Source of the DNA: Marinifilum sp.
Lineage (GTDB): Bacteria > UBA9089 > CG2-30-40-21
Assembly: GCA_020717845.1 (NCBI GenBank)
Contig: DYDG01000002.1
Coordinates: 1-53,488 of the forward strand
Direction: 5' to 3'
Length of the DNA stretch: 53,488 bases
Part shown: positions 38,304-48,809 of the stretch, in pieces
How the letters are laid out: the number at the start of each line of letters is the position of its first letter
Position numbering within the stretch: position 1 is the first letter of the stretch
Notes under the pieces: generated by a model
Seen by the model: the letters and a program-made list of their open reading frames with translations, nothing else
Database searches by the model: none
Told to the model about the DNA's origin: nothing
Made by a program: the position numbers and the translations under genes

Positions 38304-40037
38304 CTATTCCTTTACTACTGTCTGTGTCTGCGTACTGCTTCCATGTCTAATATTTGGGTTTGGAAGAAGATGACGATATGGAAGAACTCTTTTGCATATC
38401 TCTCTAAATGCCGGGGCAGCCACGGTTCCACCCCAATATTCACTGGTTTTTGGCTCATCAATAATAACAGTAATCAAAAGTTGTGGGTCATCTGCAGGCA
38501 GATAACCAATAAATGAGGCAATATATTTATCCTTTGAATATCCCTTTGACCCGGCAACAACCTTTTGTGCTGTTCCTGTTTTTCCTGCAATCTCGTATCC
38601 ATCGATTTGAGCTTTTATCCCAGTGCCTTCATCCACAGCCTTTTTTAACAACTTGTTAATATTTCTCGCTGTATTGGCAGAAACCACCCTTTTCTCTTGA
38701 GTTGGCTGATAAGACTTGACAGTTTTATTTTTACTATCCTTAATTGTCTTGACTATCATGGGTTTCATAAGAATACCATCATTAGCTATAGCTGCCAGTG
38801 CCAGAGAAAGCTGGATAGGGGTTGTAGATATTCCCTGTCCAATAGATAATACCGACATAGACAGCCTTGACCATTGTGCAGGCTTAGATAATATTCCTCC
38901 TTCTTCTCCAGGCAATTCTATCCCTGTTGGTTTTGTTAAGCCAAAGGAATCAAGATAGGAATAAAGCTTTTGAGGGGATAATCGTTTTACAGATTGAATC
39001 ATACCAATATTACATGATTTAGATAGGACCTCAGCAAAGGATACCTTGTCATGAACATGGGCACAATGGATAACCTTTTTCCCAACATGAGTTTCTCCTG
39101 AGCAATAAAATTCTTCAAATGGAGATATTACCCCTTCCTCAAGAAGACAGGCTGCAACCAGAGGCTTAAAAGTAGAACCAGGCTCAAGTGTATCTGAAAT
39201 GGCCTTGTTTCTTCGGCAATATGTTGGATACCTTGAAAAGTAATTGGGATTATACGCAGGATATGAAGCCAGAGCCAATATCTCCCCTGTTTTAGGATTC
39301 ATGACAAGAGCACACCCGCCAAGGGCATTATACTCCATACAGGTTTTTCGTATCTCTGCCTCTGCTGCATATTGGATCACCTCATCAATAGTCAGGGTAA
39401 CATCACATCCCTTATCAAAGAAAAAAGACATGTTTTTTTTATCTACAATTATATGTCCAGTTGCATCCCTTGTCAGAACAATAGATTTTGTTGGTCCTTT
39501 CAATGACTTATCAAAGGAAAGCTCAACACCCTCCAGCCCGCAATTATCTATTCCAGCAAAGCCAAGAATATGGGCACCCAATTCCATCTTAGGATAAAAT
39601 CGTTTGTATTCCTTGACAAAGTTAACAGAGGGAAGTTTTAGTTTGGCAATCCGCGATGCTTCTCTTGTGGTAAGCTTTCTTTTTATCCAGACAAAAGAGG
39701 ATTTTTTTTTCAGCAAAGATACTATATGATTTCTTTTCATCTGAATAATGGGGGCTAATTTATCAGCAATAGCCTCTGGGCAGCTAATCTCCCTTGGAGA
39801 GGCATATAAAGAATCAACCTCAATGCTTACCGCCAATTCTCGTTGATGACAATCGTATATTGTCCCTCGTTTCATTTCAAGGGTCATCAGCCTTTCCTGA
39901 CTCTCAGAGGCAAACTCCTTCATCCTTTGTCCAGATATTAATTGAATATATACCAGACGGCTGATAAGAATCGCTGCTATAAAAAATATTAGAAAAAAAC
40001 CAACAACTACCCGCTCTTTATATGTTTTAACAGACAT
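38304..40037 (-). CDS. ftsI: Class B penicillin-binding protein (FtsI/SpoVD-like transpeptidase)
   Basis: N-terminal TM helix, RGTIYD, RFYP, GLEGVE, EPGSTFK (SxxK), SCN and KTGTAQ. Confidence 0.9.
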   Translation of the reverse strand: MSVKTYKERVVVGFFLIFFIAAILISRLVYIQLISGQRMKEFASESQERLMTLEMKRGTIYDCHQRELAVSIEVDSLYASPREISCPEAIADKLAPIIQMKRNHIVSLLKKKSSFVWIKRKLTTREASRIAKLKLPSVNFVKEYKRFYPKMELGAHILGFAGIDNCGLEGVELSFDKSLKGPTKSIVLTRDATGHIIVDKKNMSFFFDKGCDVTLTIDEVIQYAAEAEIRKTCMEYNALGGCALVMNPKTGEILALASYPAYNPNYFSRYPTYCRRNKAISDTLEPGSTFKPLVAACLLEEGVISPFEEFYCSGETHVGKKVIHCAHVHDKVSFAEVLSKSCNIGMIQSVKRLSPQKLYSYLDSFGLTKPTGIELPGEEGGILSKPAQWSRLSMSVLSIGQGISTTPIQLSLALAAIANDGILMKPMIVKTIKDSKNKTVKSYQPTQEKRVVSANTARNINKLLKKAVDEGTGIKAQIDGYEIAGKTGTAQKVVAGSKGYSKDKYIASFIGYLPADDPQLLITVIIDEPKTSEYWGGTVAAPAFREICKRVLPYRHLLPNPNIRHGSSTQTQTVVKE

Positions 40038-40086
40038 TACTTTTTTTGTCCTCTTTTGTCCTCTTTTGTCCTTTCAAAAATTAGCG

Positions 40087-40158
40087 AGCCGACGAGAGGA
40101 ATTGAACCTCCGACCAACTGATTACGAATCAGTTGCTCTACCCCTGAGCTACGTCGGC
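40087..40158 (-). tRNA. tRNA-Thr(CGT), CCA not encoded
   Basis: GCCGACG acceptor stem, anticodon loop TT-CGT-AA and GGTTCAATT T-arm. Confidence 0.95.
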
Positions 40159-40405
40159 ATAATTTATTTTACGCCCTTTTATAATGAGCGACTATTGATA
40201 ATCAATAATTATATACTCAATAGCGTTATAATTTGTGATTTTCAATTTTGTCAAGTTCAGGCATAATCGTTTCGACATTTCGACTTCGCTCAATGACCGC
40301 TCCGCTCAACGACCATGTTCCCAACGTTATCTGCAAGCAAAGAAAATCACAATTTGTGCCAGTGTTGAGTATAATTTAGATAATGCTTAATACCGCAGCT
40401 TCCAA

Positions 40406-40490
40406 CTTGAGCAAGCAAGACCACAAGCAGGATGCTTGTAATACTATAACAACTCAAGCCCCCAGCTTGATAGGCAGGAGATACCACACA
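40406..40490. repeat. About 85-bp dispersed repeat, copy 1
   Basis: cttgagcaag..ccacaagcaggatgcttgt..cagcttga.agg.aggagataccaca; second copy at about 50570-50652. Confidence 0.8.
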
Positions 40491-40609
40491 CTATGTGTCC
40501 TATTATCCATAACACAAGCAGGATGCTTGCAGGACATGCAGAAGCAAAGAATCATATTTAGATAAATTGAGTTGATTTCTCACAATACAACAGTTTCATG
40601 AGCATAAAA

Positions 40610-40685
<76 letters not shown>

Positions 40686-40703
40686 ACAAGAAAGATTTTT
40701 CTT

Positions 40704-40732
40704 ATTATACTATGATTTCCCCTGATTGTCAA
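40704..40732 (-). promoter_or_regulatory. Consensus sigma70 promoter of tRNA-Phe
   Basis: TTGACA-17 nt-TATAAT on the minus strand, about 18 nt upstream of the tRNA. Confidence 0.8.
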
Positions 40733-40752
40733 GATAATTTTTATATTTTTGT

Positions 40753-40945
40753 GTAATGCGTCAGTGATTGGTAGGGAAGATGTGTAAGAAGAAGGAGAAG
40801 TGGAAAAAGGGAGAATTGGAGAAAAAGCTTTAAGGTGTTGCAATAACAGATATTTTCCCCTTTTCTCCATCTTCTCCTTTTCCCCTTTTTTACACCTCTG
40901 GACAATGCACTATCTTCTTTTACCTACCAATCACTAACGCATTAC
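40753..40945. mobile_element. MITE-like element with 23-bp terminal inverted repeats
   Basis: gtaatgcgtcagtgattggtagg / cctaccaatcactaacgcattac (22 of 23 match), enclosing purine-rich and pyrimidine-rich arms. Confidence 0.65.
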
Positions 40946-41000
40946 TTCTCACCTAAAAAAACACTTGCAAATCACTACCATTTATGATATAGTTAAAATC

Positions 41001-44000
41001 ATGATGAAGATCAGGGATTTGATTGAAACACCACAGGTTAAAACGGTTATCCAGTTAGAAGATGTGCATTCAAAGGATAGGGGTGTTCTTGAAGAGCTGC
41101 TGAATTCCTTTGTCTTTACTGAAGAGGTATCATTTAACCTTGAAGTACTATTTGATGCCTTTAGTAAACCCACAGGCACAGGCTGTTTTTTGAAAGGCAA
41201 TTATGGCAGTGGAAAGTCACACTTTCTGGCAGTTCTCTCCATCTTGCTGGAACACATGCCTCTGGTTGATAAAAGGGAGATTGCTTCCAGATACTTATTG
41301 AGGGAAAAGAGATTTCTGACGGTTAAGATCCCATTGGTACGCTACCCCAGCTCGCTCAAGTTAGAGGAGATTATCCTCTCTTCTATTGAGAAGGAATTTC
41401 CTACACCTATCATTTTAGCCAACCATAACCGTTTGGTCAATGATTTTAACAAATATATCCTGCCTCAGCACCCAGAATTCCTCAAAGAACGTACCCAGCA
41501 GCAGTGGCAGGGATTAATCCAGGAGGATTCACTGACCGCTGCTCGGGAGATTGTCAGCTACTTAAATACCCTTGAGTCTGTCCCCTTAAAGTATCATTAT
41601 GACCGGGAAGAGGCTTTTGAAAGGATAAGGGCAGCGATTAATGGTGAGGGATTAGTTCTGCTTATTGATGAGCTTTCAGAATTCCTTAAGGCAAAGCAAA
41701 AAACTACTGATTTTAATGAGGATGTGCGTTATCTGCAATATCTGGGTGAGAAGGCAGCATCCTCGCCGCTCTGGATAATTGCCTCCCTGCAGGAAGGGAT
41801 TGAGGAGATAGGCTATTTAGAGGAGGCATTGTTTAACCGCATCAAGGACCGCTATCCAAAACGGCTCACCCTTTCCTCACGCCACATCGAGGAGCTGATT
41901 GACAAAAGACTGATTATCAAGAAACAGGGAGCCACAGCACACATCAGCCAGGTCTACACCAATCTCAGGCACGCCTTCCCACACTTAGTCATGGATAAGG
42001 AGAAATTCATCCAGCTTTATCCAACTCATCCAGCAACCATTCGCATGTTAGAAGGGTTGTCCCTGCTCTTTTCCCAGCATCGCGGGGTAGTTGATTACAT
42101 CCACTACCAGATTGCCGGCGACATGAGCCGACAGATTGAAGGGATGCTGGATAAACCTGCTGACACACTTCTTACCCCTGATACCATCTTTGACCATTTT
42201 AGCCATCGTATCAAGGAGACGGTTGAGATTGCCCCTTATTATAATATTGCCTTCAGCTATTTTCAGCGGGAGATACCTGAGCTCTTTAAGAAAGAGTTTG
42301 ACCAGAAGATTGCCTTAAATCTGGTTAAGCTATTGATCCTTACCGAGCTGTCACCACTGGAAAAAAGGCATACCGTCAGAGAACTCACCAATATGCTGGT
42401 CAAGAAGGTAACAGATCTGGAAAGCGGGTTTAATTATGACTATATCAAAGAGGCTATCTTAGACAGATTGCTGATAGAGGCAGCCTATATTAAGAGTGAG
42501 CCTGCGGAAAATCCTTTAGATGCTATTTATTACCTTGACCTTGAGGCAAATATCAACCAGCTTATTGCCCGCTATACCAAGGAACTCATCAAGGAATTGA
42601 AGACAAAGGAACAAAGTTGTTTGGGGCTGCTTAAGGCTATTAACCCCACCTACCTACCTCTGTCTGGTCTGTCTGAAGGCAGACAGAAACAATTTATCCG
42701 CTGGGAAAATACAACCAGAGAGGGGATAGTAACCCTGTGTGATTTGCGAGACGTCTCATTAAGTGAGATGGAATTGCTTTCTCAAAACCTGCTTAAAGAG
42801 GTAGCACCTCTGGCACAGGAGACAGATTTTGTCCTTTTAATGGGGTTGCCTGTTTCTATTGATGAGCAAAAGGAGTATATCACTAAACTATTGGGTTATC
42901 AGCAGGCTAATGCCCTTTTGCAGAATATTGTTGTCTGGCTGCCAACTTATCTAACCCCGCAGGATGAGGACTATTGTTTTACTACCTACAGCCATCAGAT
43001 ACTTATGCAAAGGTGCCAGAATAATGACCCGCATCAACTCAAGCCTGTCCTGAGCAAGATGGTGGAAAAAGAAATGCCAAGGATGCGTGAAATCTTAACT
43101 GAGGTCTACTTTAGGGGTAGTTTGTTTAATGCCCAGGGAGAGAGGAAAACCGCATTAAAGGATCTGGGTTATCCTGCCTTTGAGCATTTATTAAAGACCA
43201 TATTCAGCCCGCTGCTTTCTTTAAGCTATCCCAAACATACCGAGATTATGCCTTACACAGATTATATCACCCCGCATACCATCGAAACGCTCTGGACAGA
43301 ATTCATCACCCTCGAAAAAATTACCCTGAAGCAGGCACAGGAAAAGGATGTGCAAAATAGTATTGAAACAATTGCTATCCCTATGGGATTGGCTAAAAAA
43401 ACCGCTAATTATTTTATCTTGAATGTAGAGGCAACCAAAAATGAATTAATTATCGATTATCTGTCCCATCTTTTGCCGGGTAAAAGGGTGAAGCTTGAAA
43501 ATCTTTACTGGCGATTGCGTAAAAGCCCATGGGGGATAGACAGACACCAATTTAATCTCCTGACCGCAGCCCTTATCCATACAGGCTATCTCACCCCTTA
43601 CAAGGAAGGACGCATCAGCCCATTTCCTTCACCAGCAAAGCTTTATTCATTTGGGATAGACGAGCTGGGTGAAGGGAAATTATTGGAAAAGGAATATCTT
43701 GAGCTTTTGCCTTTGGGCAATTTTATCTGGGGTGGGGTAAGCAGGACACCCTTTACCCTGATTACCCAACGTCAGCTCTGGGATGAGGCATTGAAATTCA
43801 AATCAAAGACAGACACCAGCCAATCGGCAAGGGTTTATACCCGTTTCAGCGATTATTCGGCATTCAAATCACTCATCGTGGATGAAATCAATAAAATTGT
43901 CTTATCAGTAGAGGATTTTCTGGATGAGATTAAAATAAGCTATGATTCTAAGAATGGCCTGGAGCGAATTCTCTCCTACCTTCAAGAGCATTCTGATGTT

Positions 44001-46229
44001 AGTAATGATTATACTGCCTTTCAAAATTTACTAACCTTTTTCCCCCCCTTTTCTCAATACGCCCAGGAGTATAACCGTATTTATAATTATATCCATCATC
44101 CGCAGCTTTATATTCCAGCTAATGAGGAATTCAGCTATCTGAGGCAGAAAAAGGAGAGGCTTGACACTATCAATTTAAGCGAGATTATCTTTAATGGTGA
44201 GTTTGGGGAGGTGCAAAGCGATTATGGTGACTTTGTTACTGCCTTTGGAGAGGTTTACAGCCAGCACCATCAAGATTATTATAACCAGAGCTATTTCAGT
44301 CAGATAAAGGAATTTCGACAGGAATTGGAGTATAACCTCTTAGAGCGTCTGTCAAGGACAAACCTGATTTCAGTAGAAAATGACCTGGTTTTTATAGAAC
44401 GACTGCTCTCTTCTGGGCAAAAAGAGTGTACAAAAAGATTAAACGAGGAGCTTGAGCTTAAACCTATATGCAGCTGTCAGTATCGACTGGGACAGGAGGG
44501 CTGCTTCCCGAACCTGGAAGAGGTGCGAATGAAGATACGCAGCGGTATTGTGGAATATATTCAGGCAATTAAAGAGCCAAACATCCGTGCCCCACTTGAG
44601 AGTCATATCCGTGGTTTGAGTGAACTCGGCCGTCAGGAGGCAGAAGACTTGAGAAAACTTATTCAACTGGATACCTCTAATCAGGAACGGTTAATCACCC
44701 AGTTGCGTTATCTTCTAACCGATAACCTGATTGACCAATTAAATCAGGCACTTGAAGGCAGACAGCTGATTGTTAAACGGAATCTGGAGGATTTGATTGA
44801 CCGAATTGTCCAACGCAAGTTTCAGAAGGCAAAACTCAAGAAATGCTTTGAGGATTGGCTGGATGGTGGTGAGAAACTCAGCGAAGAGGTTTATGTCTCA
44901 ATTAATTCAGGGAAAACAAATGTTGAGTATGCTGGCTTAGAAGAGATTGTCAAGGAAGAGGACGAAAGATTTTTAACTGCTTTCTGGGCAGTTTGTGCCT
45001 TAGCCCAGCATAAACCTATGGAGGTATTAAGGCAAAGCCTGTTTTTACGCAGCTCTTATCAGATTGACCTGAATCGATTGGATGAGGTTATCAACAAGGG
45101 CAGTGAATTAAAAAAACAGCCGCAAGCTGTAAATCAGATTGAGCTTGCAGAGCAAAGGATAAGGGATCAGAACCAGACAGAGCAGTTTTTAAGGGAGCTG
45201 AACCTTGCTGCCAGGACTGTTGATGAGCTATTGCAGCTGATTGGTGGTGAGGAAATATTCAGGTTTGTGTCCAAAGAGGCGGTCAGGCTGTTGCTTACTC
45301 GATTATTGAGCGAAGAGATCCAGCAGCCATTAAGTATTGAGTTGGTGAGACCTGACTGGTATCACCTGCAGATGGCAAATGATTTGTCCATGCTCCTGTC
45401 GCGGATGAAAAGCTATCAGACAGAAAAGGCAGAAACGGATCTTTTCAATGCCTACATCAACCATATCTCGCCAATCAACTTTTTGATAGAACGGCTTGCT
45501 AATAACAACTTCAGGGAAGGTATTCTGGTTGATAGCACGCTTAAGGAATTGAGACAGAGGGTCAGTCAATTGACTAAGGAGTATCAGCAGCGGTTCTCTA
45601 CAGAGCTGTCAAGGCACAAGCATTGGACAACAGCTGATTTTCTTAAAAAGATATTCCATCCCACCCGGGCAAAATATTCTGAGACAACCTGTTTTATCCT
45701 TATCCTGGACGCTGGCCGCTGGGATGTGTTTGAGTATCTTCTGCCTGACATAAAAGCCTGCCTGTCCAATCACGAATTATCCATGATAACCCCGTTAGAG
45801 GCACTTGAGCCAACAACCACGGAGGTTAACCGCCAGGCAATGGTGGGTGCATTGTTAGAAAAAGAGGAAGAAAAGGCTGAGGCTGTTTTTTATACCTATG
45901 TTGAGGGAATAAACAAACGGGAAGAGATCGGGCAGGTATTAAGCGATGAAAAACCTATCAAAATATTCAACTTCAATTTTATTGACAAGCGGCTTCATAC
46001 CTCCATGCTTGAACCTCCTCTTCTTTACCAGGAGCTCAAGTTAGAGCTAAAAGCCAATATCCTGCCGTATTTCAAGAACATACCCAGACAGAGCCTGATT
46101 TTCATCCTTTCTGACCACGGTTTTTCATATCAGCCATCAAAAAAGGAAGCCTACGCACACGGCGGTAGCTCGGTGTTTGAAAAGGTTGTTCCCTGCGGGG
46201 TATGGGTGCCGAAGGTGGGAAATTGGTAG
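41001..46229 (+). CDS. BrxC/PglY-like (DUF6079-type) P-loop ATPase fused to a C-terminal PglZ-like alkaline-phosphatase domain
   Basis: GNYGSGKSH Walker A, LLIDELSEFL Walker B, YPTHP and CxC. C-terminal ILDAGRWD, IDKRLH, SDHGF and HGGSS..EKVVP. Start set to the ATG at 41001. Confidence 0.85.
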   Translation: MMKIRDLIETPQVKTVIQLEDVHSKDRGVLEELLNSFVFTEEVSFNLEVLFDAFSKPTGTGCFLKGNYGSGKSHFLAVLSILLEHMPLVDKREIASRYLLREKRFLTVKIPLVRYPSSLKLEEIILSSIEKEFPTPIILANHNRLVNDFNKYILPQHPEFLKERTQQQWQGLIQEDSLTAAREIVSYLNTLESVPLKYHYDREEAFERIRAAINGEGLVLLIDELSEFLKAKQKTTDFNEDVRYLQYLGEKAASSPLWIIASLQEGIEEIGYLEEALFNRIKDRYPKRLTLSSRHIEELIDKRLIIKKQGATAHISQVYTNLRHAFPHLVMDKEKFIQLYPTHPATIRMLEGLSLLFSQHRGVVDYIHYQIAGDMSRQIEGMLDKPADTLLTPDTIFDHFSHRIKETVEIAPYYNIAFSYFQREIPELFKKEFDQKIALNLVKLLILTELSPLEKRHTVRELTNMLVKKVTDLESGFNYDYIKEAILDRLLIEAAYIKSEPAENPLDAIYYLDLEANINQLIARYTKELIKELKTKEQSCLGLLKAINPTYLPLSGLSEGRQKQFIRWENTTREGIVTLCDLRDVSLSEMELLSQNLLKEVAPLAQETDFVLLMGLPVSIDEQKEYITKLLGYQQANALLQNIVVWLPTYLTPQDEDYCFTTYSHQILMQRCQNNDPHQLKPVLSKMVEKEMPRMREILTEVYFRGSLFNAQGERKTALKDLGYPAFEHLLKTIFSPLLSLSYPKHTEIMPYTDYITPHTIETLWTEFITLEKITLKQAQEKDVQNSIETIAIPMGLAKKTANYFILNVEATKNELIIDYLSHLLPGKRVKLENLYWRLRKSPWGIDRHQFNLLTAALIHTGYLTPYKEGRISPFPSPAKLYSFGIDELGEGKLLEKEYLELLPLGNFIWGGVSRTPFTLITQRQLWDEALKFKSKTDTSQSARVYTRFSDYSAFKSLIVDEINKIVLSVEDFLDEIKISYDSKNGLERILSYLQEHSDVSNDYTAFQNLLTFFPPFSQYAQEYNRIYNYIHHPQLYIPANEEFSYLRQKKERLDTINLSEIIFNGEFGEVQSDYGDFVTAFGEVYSQHHQDYYNQSYFSQIKEFRQELEYNLLERLSRTNLISVENDLVFIERLLSSGQKECTKRLNEELELKPICSCQYRLGQEGCFPNLEEVRMKIRSGIVEYIQAIKEPNIRAPLESHIRGLSELGRQEAEDLRKLIQLDTSNQERLITQLRYLLTDNLIDQLNQALEGRQLIVKRNLEDLIDRIVQRKFQKAKLKKCFEDWLDGGEKLSEEVYVSINSGKTNVEYAGLEEIVKEEDERFLTAFWAVCALAQHKPMEVLRQSLFLRSSYQIDLNRLDEVINKGSELKKQPQAVNQIELAEQRIRDQNQTEQFLRELNLAARTVDELLQLIGGEEIFRFVSKEAVRLLLTRLLSEEIQQPLSIELVRPDWYHLQMANDLSMLLSRMKSYQTEKAETDLFNAYINHISPINFLIERLANNNFREGILVDSTLKELRQRVSQLTKEYQQRFSTELSRHKHWTTADFLKKIFHPTRAKYSETTCFILILDAGRWDVFEYLLPDIKACLSNHELSMITPLEALEPTTTEVNRQAMVGALLEKEEEKAEAVFYTYVEGINKREEIGQVLSDEKPIKIFNFNFIDKRLHTSMLEPPLLYQELKLELKANILPYFKNIPRQSLIFILSDHGFSYQPSKKEAYAHGGSSVFEKVVPCGVWVPKVGNW

Positions 46230-46236
46230 GCGTTCA

Positions 46237-46343
46237 GGTGTAAATAAGGGAAAAGAGGAAAGTTGAAAAAAGGGGAAATCTAATTATTCCATAGATTCTT
46301 TTTTCCATTTTCCCCTATTTCCCCTTTTCCCTTCATTACACCC
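46237..46343. repeat. Purine/pyrimidine-arm inverted repeat downstream of the ATPase-PglZ gene
   Basis: ggtgtaaataagggaaaagagg...ccccttttcccttcattacacc; similar to the interior of 40753-40945. Confidence 0.6.
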
Positions 46344-46879
46344 TGATGGGTGGTCAGCTTGAGTGTCTTGTTCAGTGATTATTCCTGGAATTTCATATTC
46401 TATACGCCCATTTTTCCACACCGGAATTTTATATTTGTTTTTTCGTGAGCGTTGCATGGCAACATTTCGACTCTGCTCAATGACCACCAAAGCCATATGG
46501 ACACTCGTAAGCAATGATTGACTCCCTTTTCTGCCATATTTCAGGGCAAACGCATTTAAATCCCACAATTGCATCTGCCGATCGTTCAGGATGTGTATCC
46601 TGAACACAAAGTTGAGGACTGTCAGCAGTTAAGATTTATCTTGACTGCCATGCAGATTTGTGATATATTAATTCAAAAAGTAAAAGAGGATCTGCAAGCC
46701 TATTTGAGCATAAGATGCCCGGGGAATAAGCAATCAAATTTTCCAAGTAAACGACTGCTGAATAGACATAAATAGTCATAATGGTTAGCACACTCATCCA
46801 AAAATCACAGTGTGAAGCTCATAACATTGCTCGAGGATGAAAACAATGAGTAATGTGTCAAATTCCTTAAGAGGTTGCT

Positions 46880-47205
46880 ATGAAAGAAACCCAGACAATT
46901 GAATACAAACAGTCATGGCGGGATGAATATCTGAAATGGATTTGTGGCTATGCCAATGCCAATGGTGGACCGGCTACTGGGAGATACTTGGGGATCATTC
47001 AGACAAACAAAAAAAGGTAGATGCTACCCAAGAAAAAATCATTGATCTTATCAAAGCACAGCCATACATTACACGTAGCGAATTAGCTAAAAAAATTAGC
47101 ATGAGCAGCGATGGGGTCAAGTATCACTTAGACAACTTGAAATCTGCCGGAATCATTCAGCATGTTGGTTCTACTAAATCCGGCCACTGGGAGATATTAA
47201 AATGA
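46880..47205 (+). pseudogene. Internally deleted AlbA_2 (Schlafen-like)/wHTH regulator
   Basis: The ATG at 46880 gives MKETQTIEYKQSWRDEYLKWICGYANANGG (AlbA_2 start). It is joined out of frame to a C-terminal wHTH (PYITRSELA...[13 protein letters not shown]). Confidence 0.8.
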
Positions 47206-48230
47206 GCATTATGAAAGAAGGTCCAACAACACCAACCAGAACAACTGAGGACAAAGAGATTGAAAGGTCTCTTAGACCGGGTGGTTTTTCTGATTTTATA
47301 GGTCAAAGCAAGTTAAAGGAAAACTTAGCGGTATTTATTCAGGCTGCTACTGCTCGCGGGGATTCCCTGGATCACATCCTTTTTTATGGTCCACCTGGGT
47401 TGGGAAAGACAACCCTGTCAAATATCATTGCCTCTGAATTAGGGGTCAATATAAAGTCTATTGCCGCACCTGTTCTGGAAAAACCAGGGGATCTGGCAGC
47501 TATGCTGACAGACCTTTCCCCATTTGATGTTTTGTTTATCGATGAGATCCATCGATTAAACCGCATGACTGAAGAGCTGCTTTATCTGGCAATGGAAGAT
47601 TTTAAGCTGGACATCCTTATCGGCAATGGTCCGTCTGCAAAGAGTGTCCGAATTGATCTGCCAAAATTCACCTTAGTTGGAGCAACTACCCGTGCAGGAC
47701 AGCTTACCTCACCCCTAAGGGATAGGTTTGGAATAATCAATCGGATGGACTTTTACACACAAGAAGAGATGGAGCAGATAGTTAAACGGGCAGCTGAGAT
47801 ACTTTGTGTAGGAATAGATGGATTTGGAATAGAAGAGATTGCCCGTCGCTCCCGCGGAACACCCAGAATATCCAATCGGCTATTGAAAAGAATCCGTGAC
47901 TTTGCCCAGGTCAAGGGGGATGGCAGGATTACAAAGGAGATGGCCTGCCTTGGGCTTGATGCCTTAGAGGTAGATGAGTATGGCCTGGATGCTATGGATA
48001 GAAAGATAATGGAGACATTAATTGATAAGTTCCGTGGCGGACCAGTAGGGCTTAATACCCTAACTATCGCTGTTAGCGAAGAGACTGTAACGGTTGAGGA
48101 TGTGTATGAGCCTTATCTGGTAAAAATAGGGTTTCTTGAAAGAACACCTCGCGGCAGAATGGCAACAGAGCTGGCATATAAGTATTTTAAGCGGGATCTG
48201 TGGAAACAGGTAAAGGCAGAGCAAGGATAA
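47202..48230 (+). CDS. ruvB: Holliday junction branch migration helicase RuvB
   Basis: [36 protein letters not shown] and RTPRGR. Confidence 0.98.
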   Translation: MSIMKEGPTTPTRTTEDKEIERSLRPGGFSDFIGQSKLKENLAVFIQAATARGDSLDHILFYGPPGLGKTTLSNIIASELGVNIKSIAAPVLEKPGDLAAMLTDLSPFDVLFIDEIHRLNRMTEELLYLAMEDFKLDILIGNGPSAKSVRIDLPKFTLVGATTRAGQLTSPLRDRFGIINRMDFYTQEEMEQIVKRAAEILCVGIDGFGIEEIARRSRGTPRISNRLLKRIRDFAQVKGDGRITKEMACLGLDALEVDEYGLDAMDRKIMETLIDKFRGGPVGLNTLTIAVSEETVTVEDVYEPYLVKIGFLERTPRGRMATELAYKYFKRDLWKQVKAEQG

Positions 48231-48292
48231 CATCATTGCATTTCAGAGAGCGTTGCAGAGTCAATTCAATATTTATAAGGCTAATTTATACC

Positions 48293-48321
48293 TTGACATC
48301 CAATAGCCTGTATGATAAACT
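48293..48321 (+). promoter_or_regulatory. Sigma70-type promoter
   Basis: TTGACA-17 nt-TAAACT with an extended -10 TG. Confidence 0.5.
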
Positions 48322-48809
48322 TAATCTATAAAAAGATGGTATGGTGAGACTGTGCTAAGGCTGCTTACCAGAAAGGGGATCTTGAGGAGTCGATTAGGAT
48401 ACTATCAATAGCTCTTAGCTTGATACAGAAACAAAAGAGAAGATAACTCACTGGCACTATGACAAATACCCTTTTCTGTTTCTCGATATGGGAAGCTTAG
48501 GAACTGTAGCGTCGGTGATTAACAAAAGTTGGATAAAGCCCAATGAGCTATACAAAAAAAAACAGATGTGATTAACGCAGAGGAACTTGGGAAGAATCAA
48601 TAACTTCAACACTCACTGTTAGTCGGCAAAACATGGAGACGTAATAAATGGAACACAGCGATAGGGTTAAGAACGAACTACACAAGGGGAATAGGGACAG
48701 AGTGACCGTTTTTTGATTGACAAATTAAGGTGGACAAGGTGAACTATCCAGAAAAGAATTAAAATTGGACGATAAGAAAGGAATATCAAGAAGGAAGAAA
48801 GGAGGAAAA

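Noticed and set aside
40066-40266. 66-aa ORF
   Set aside because: It overlies tRNA-Thr on the opposite strand and is a shadow ORF.
46284-46775. ORFs of 107 aa (-) and 68 aa (+)
   Set aside because: They appear to be chimeras of repeats and short gene remnants, and no product can be supported.
48330-48780. TPR-like and other coding fragments between ruvB and argG
   Set aside because: The frames are short and broken and too degraded to call.
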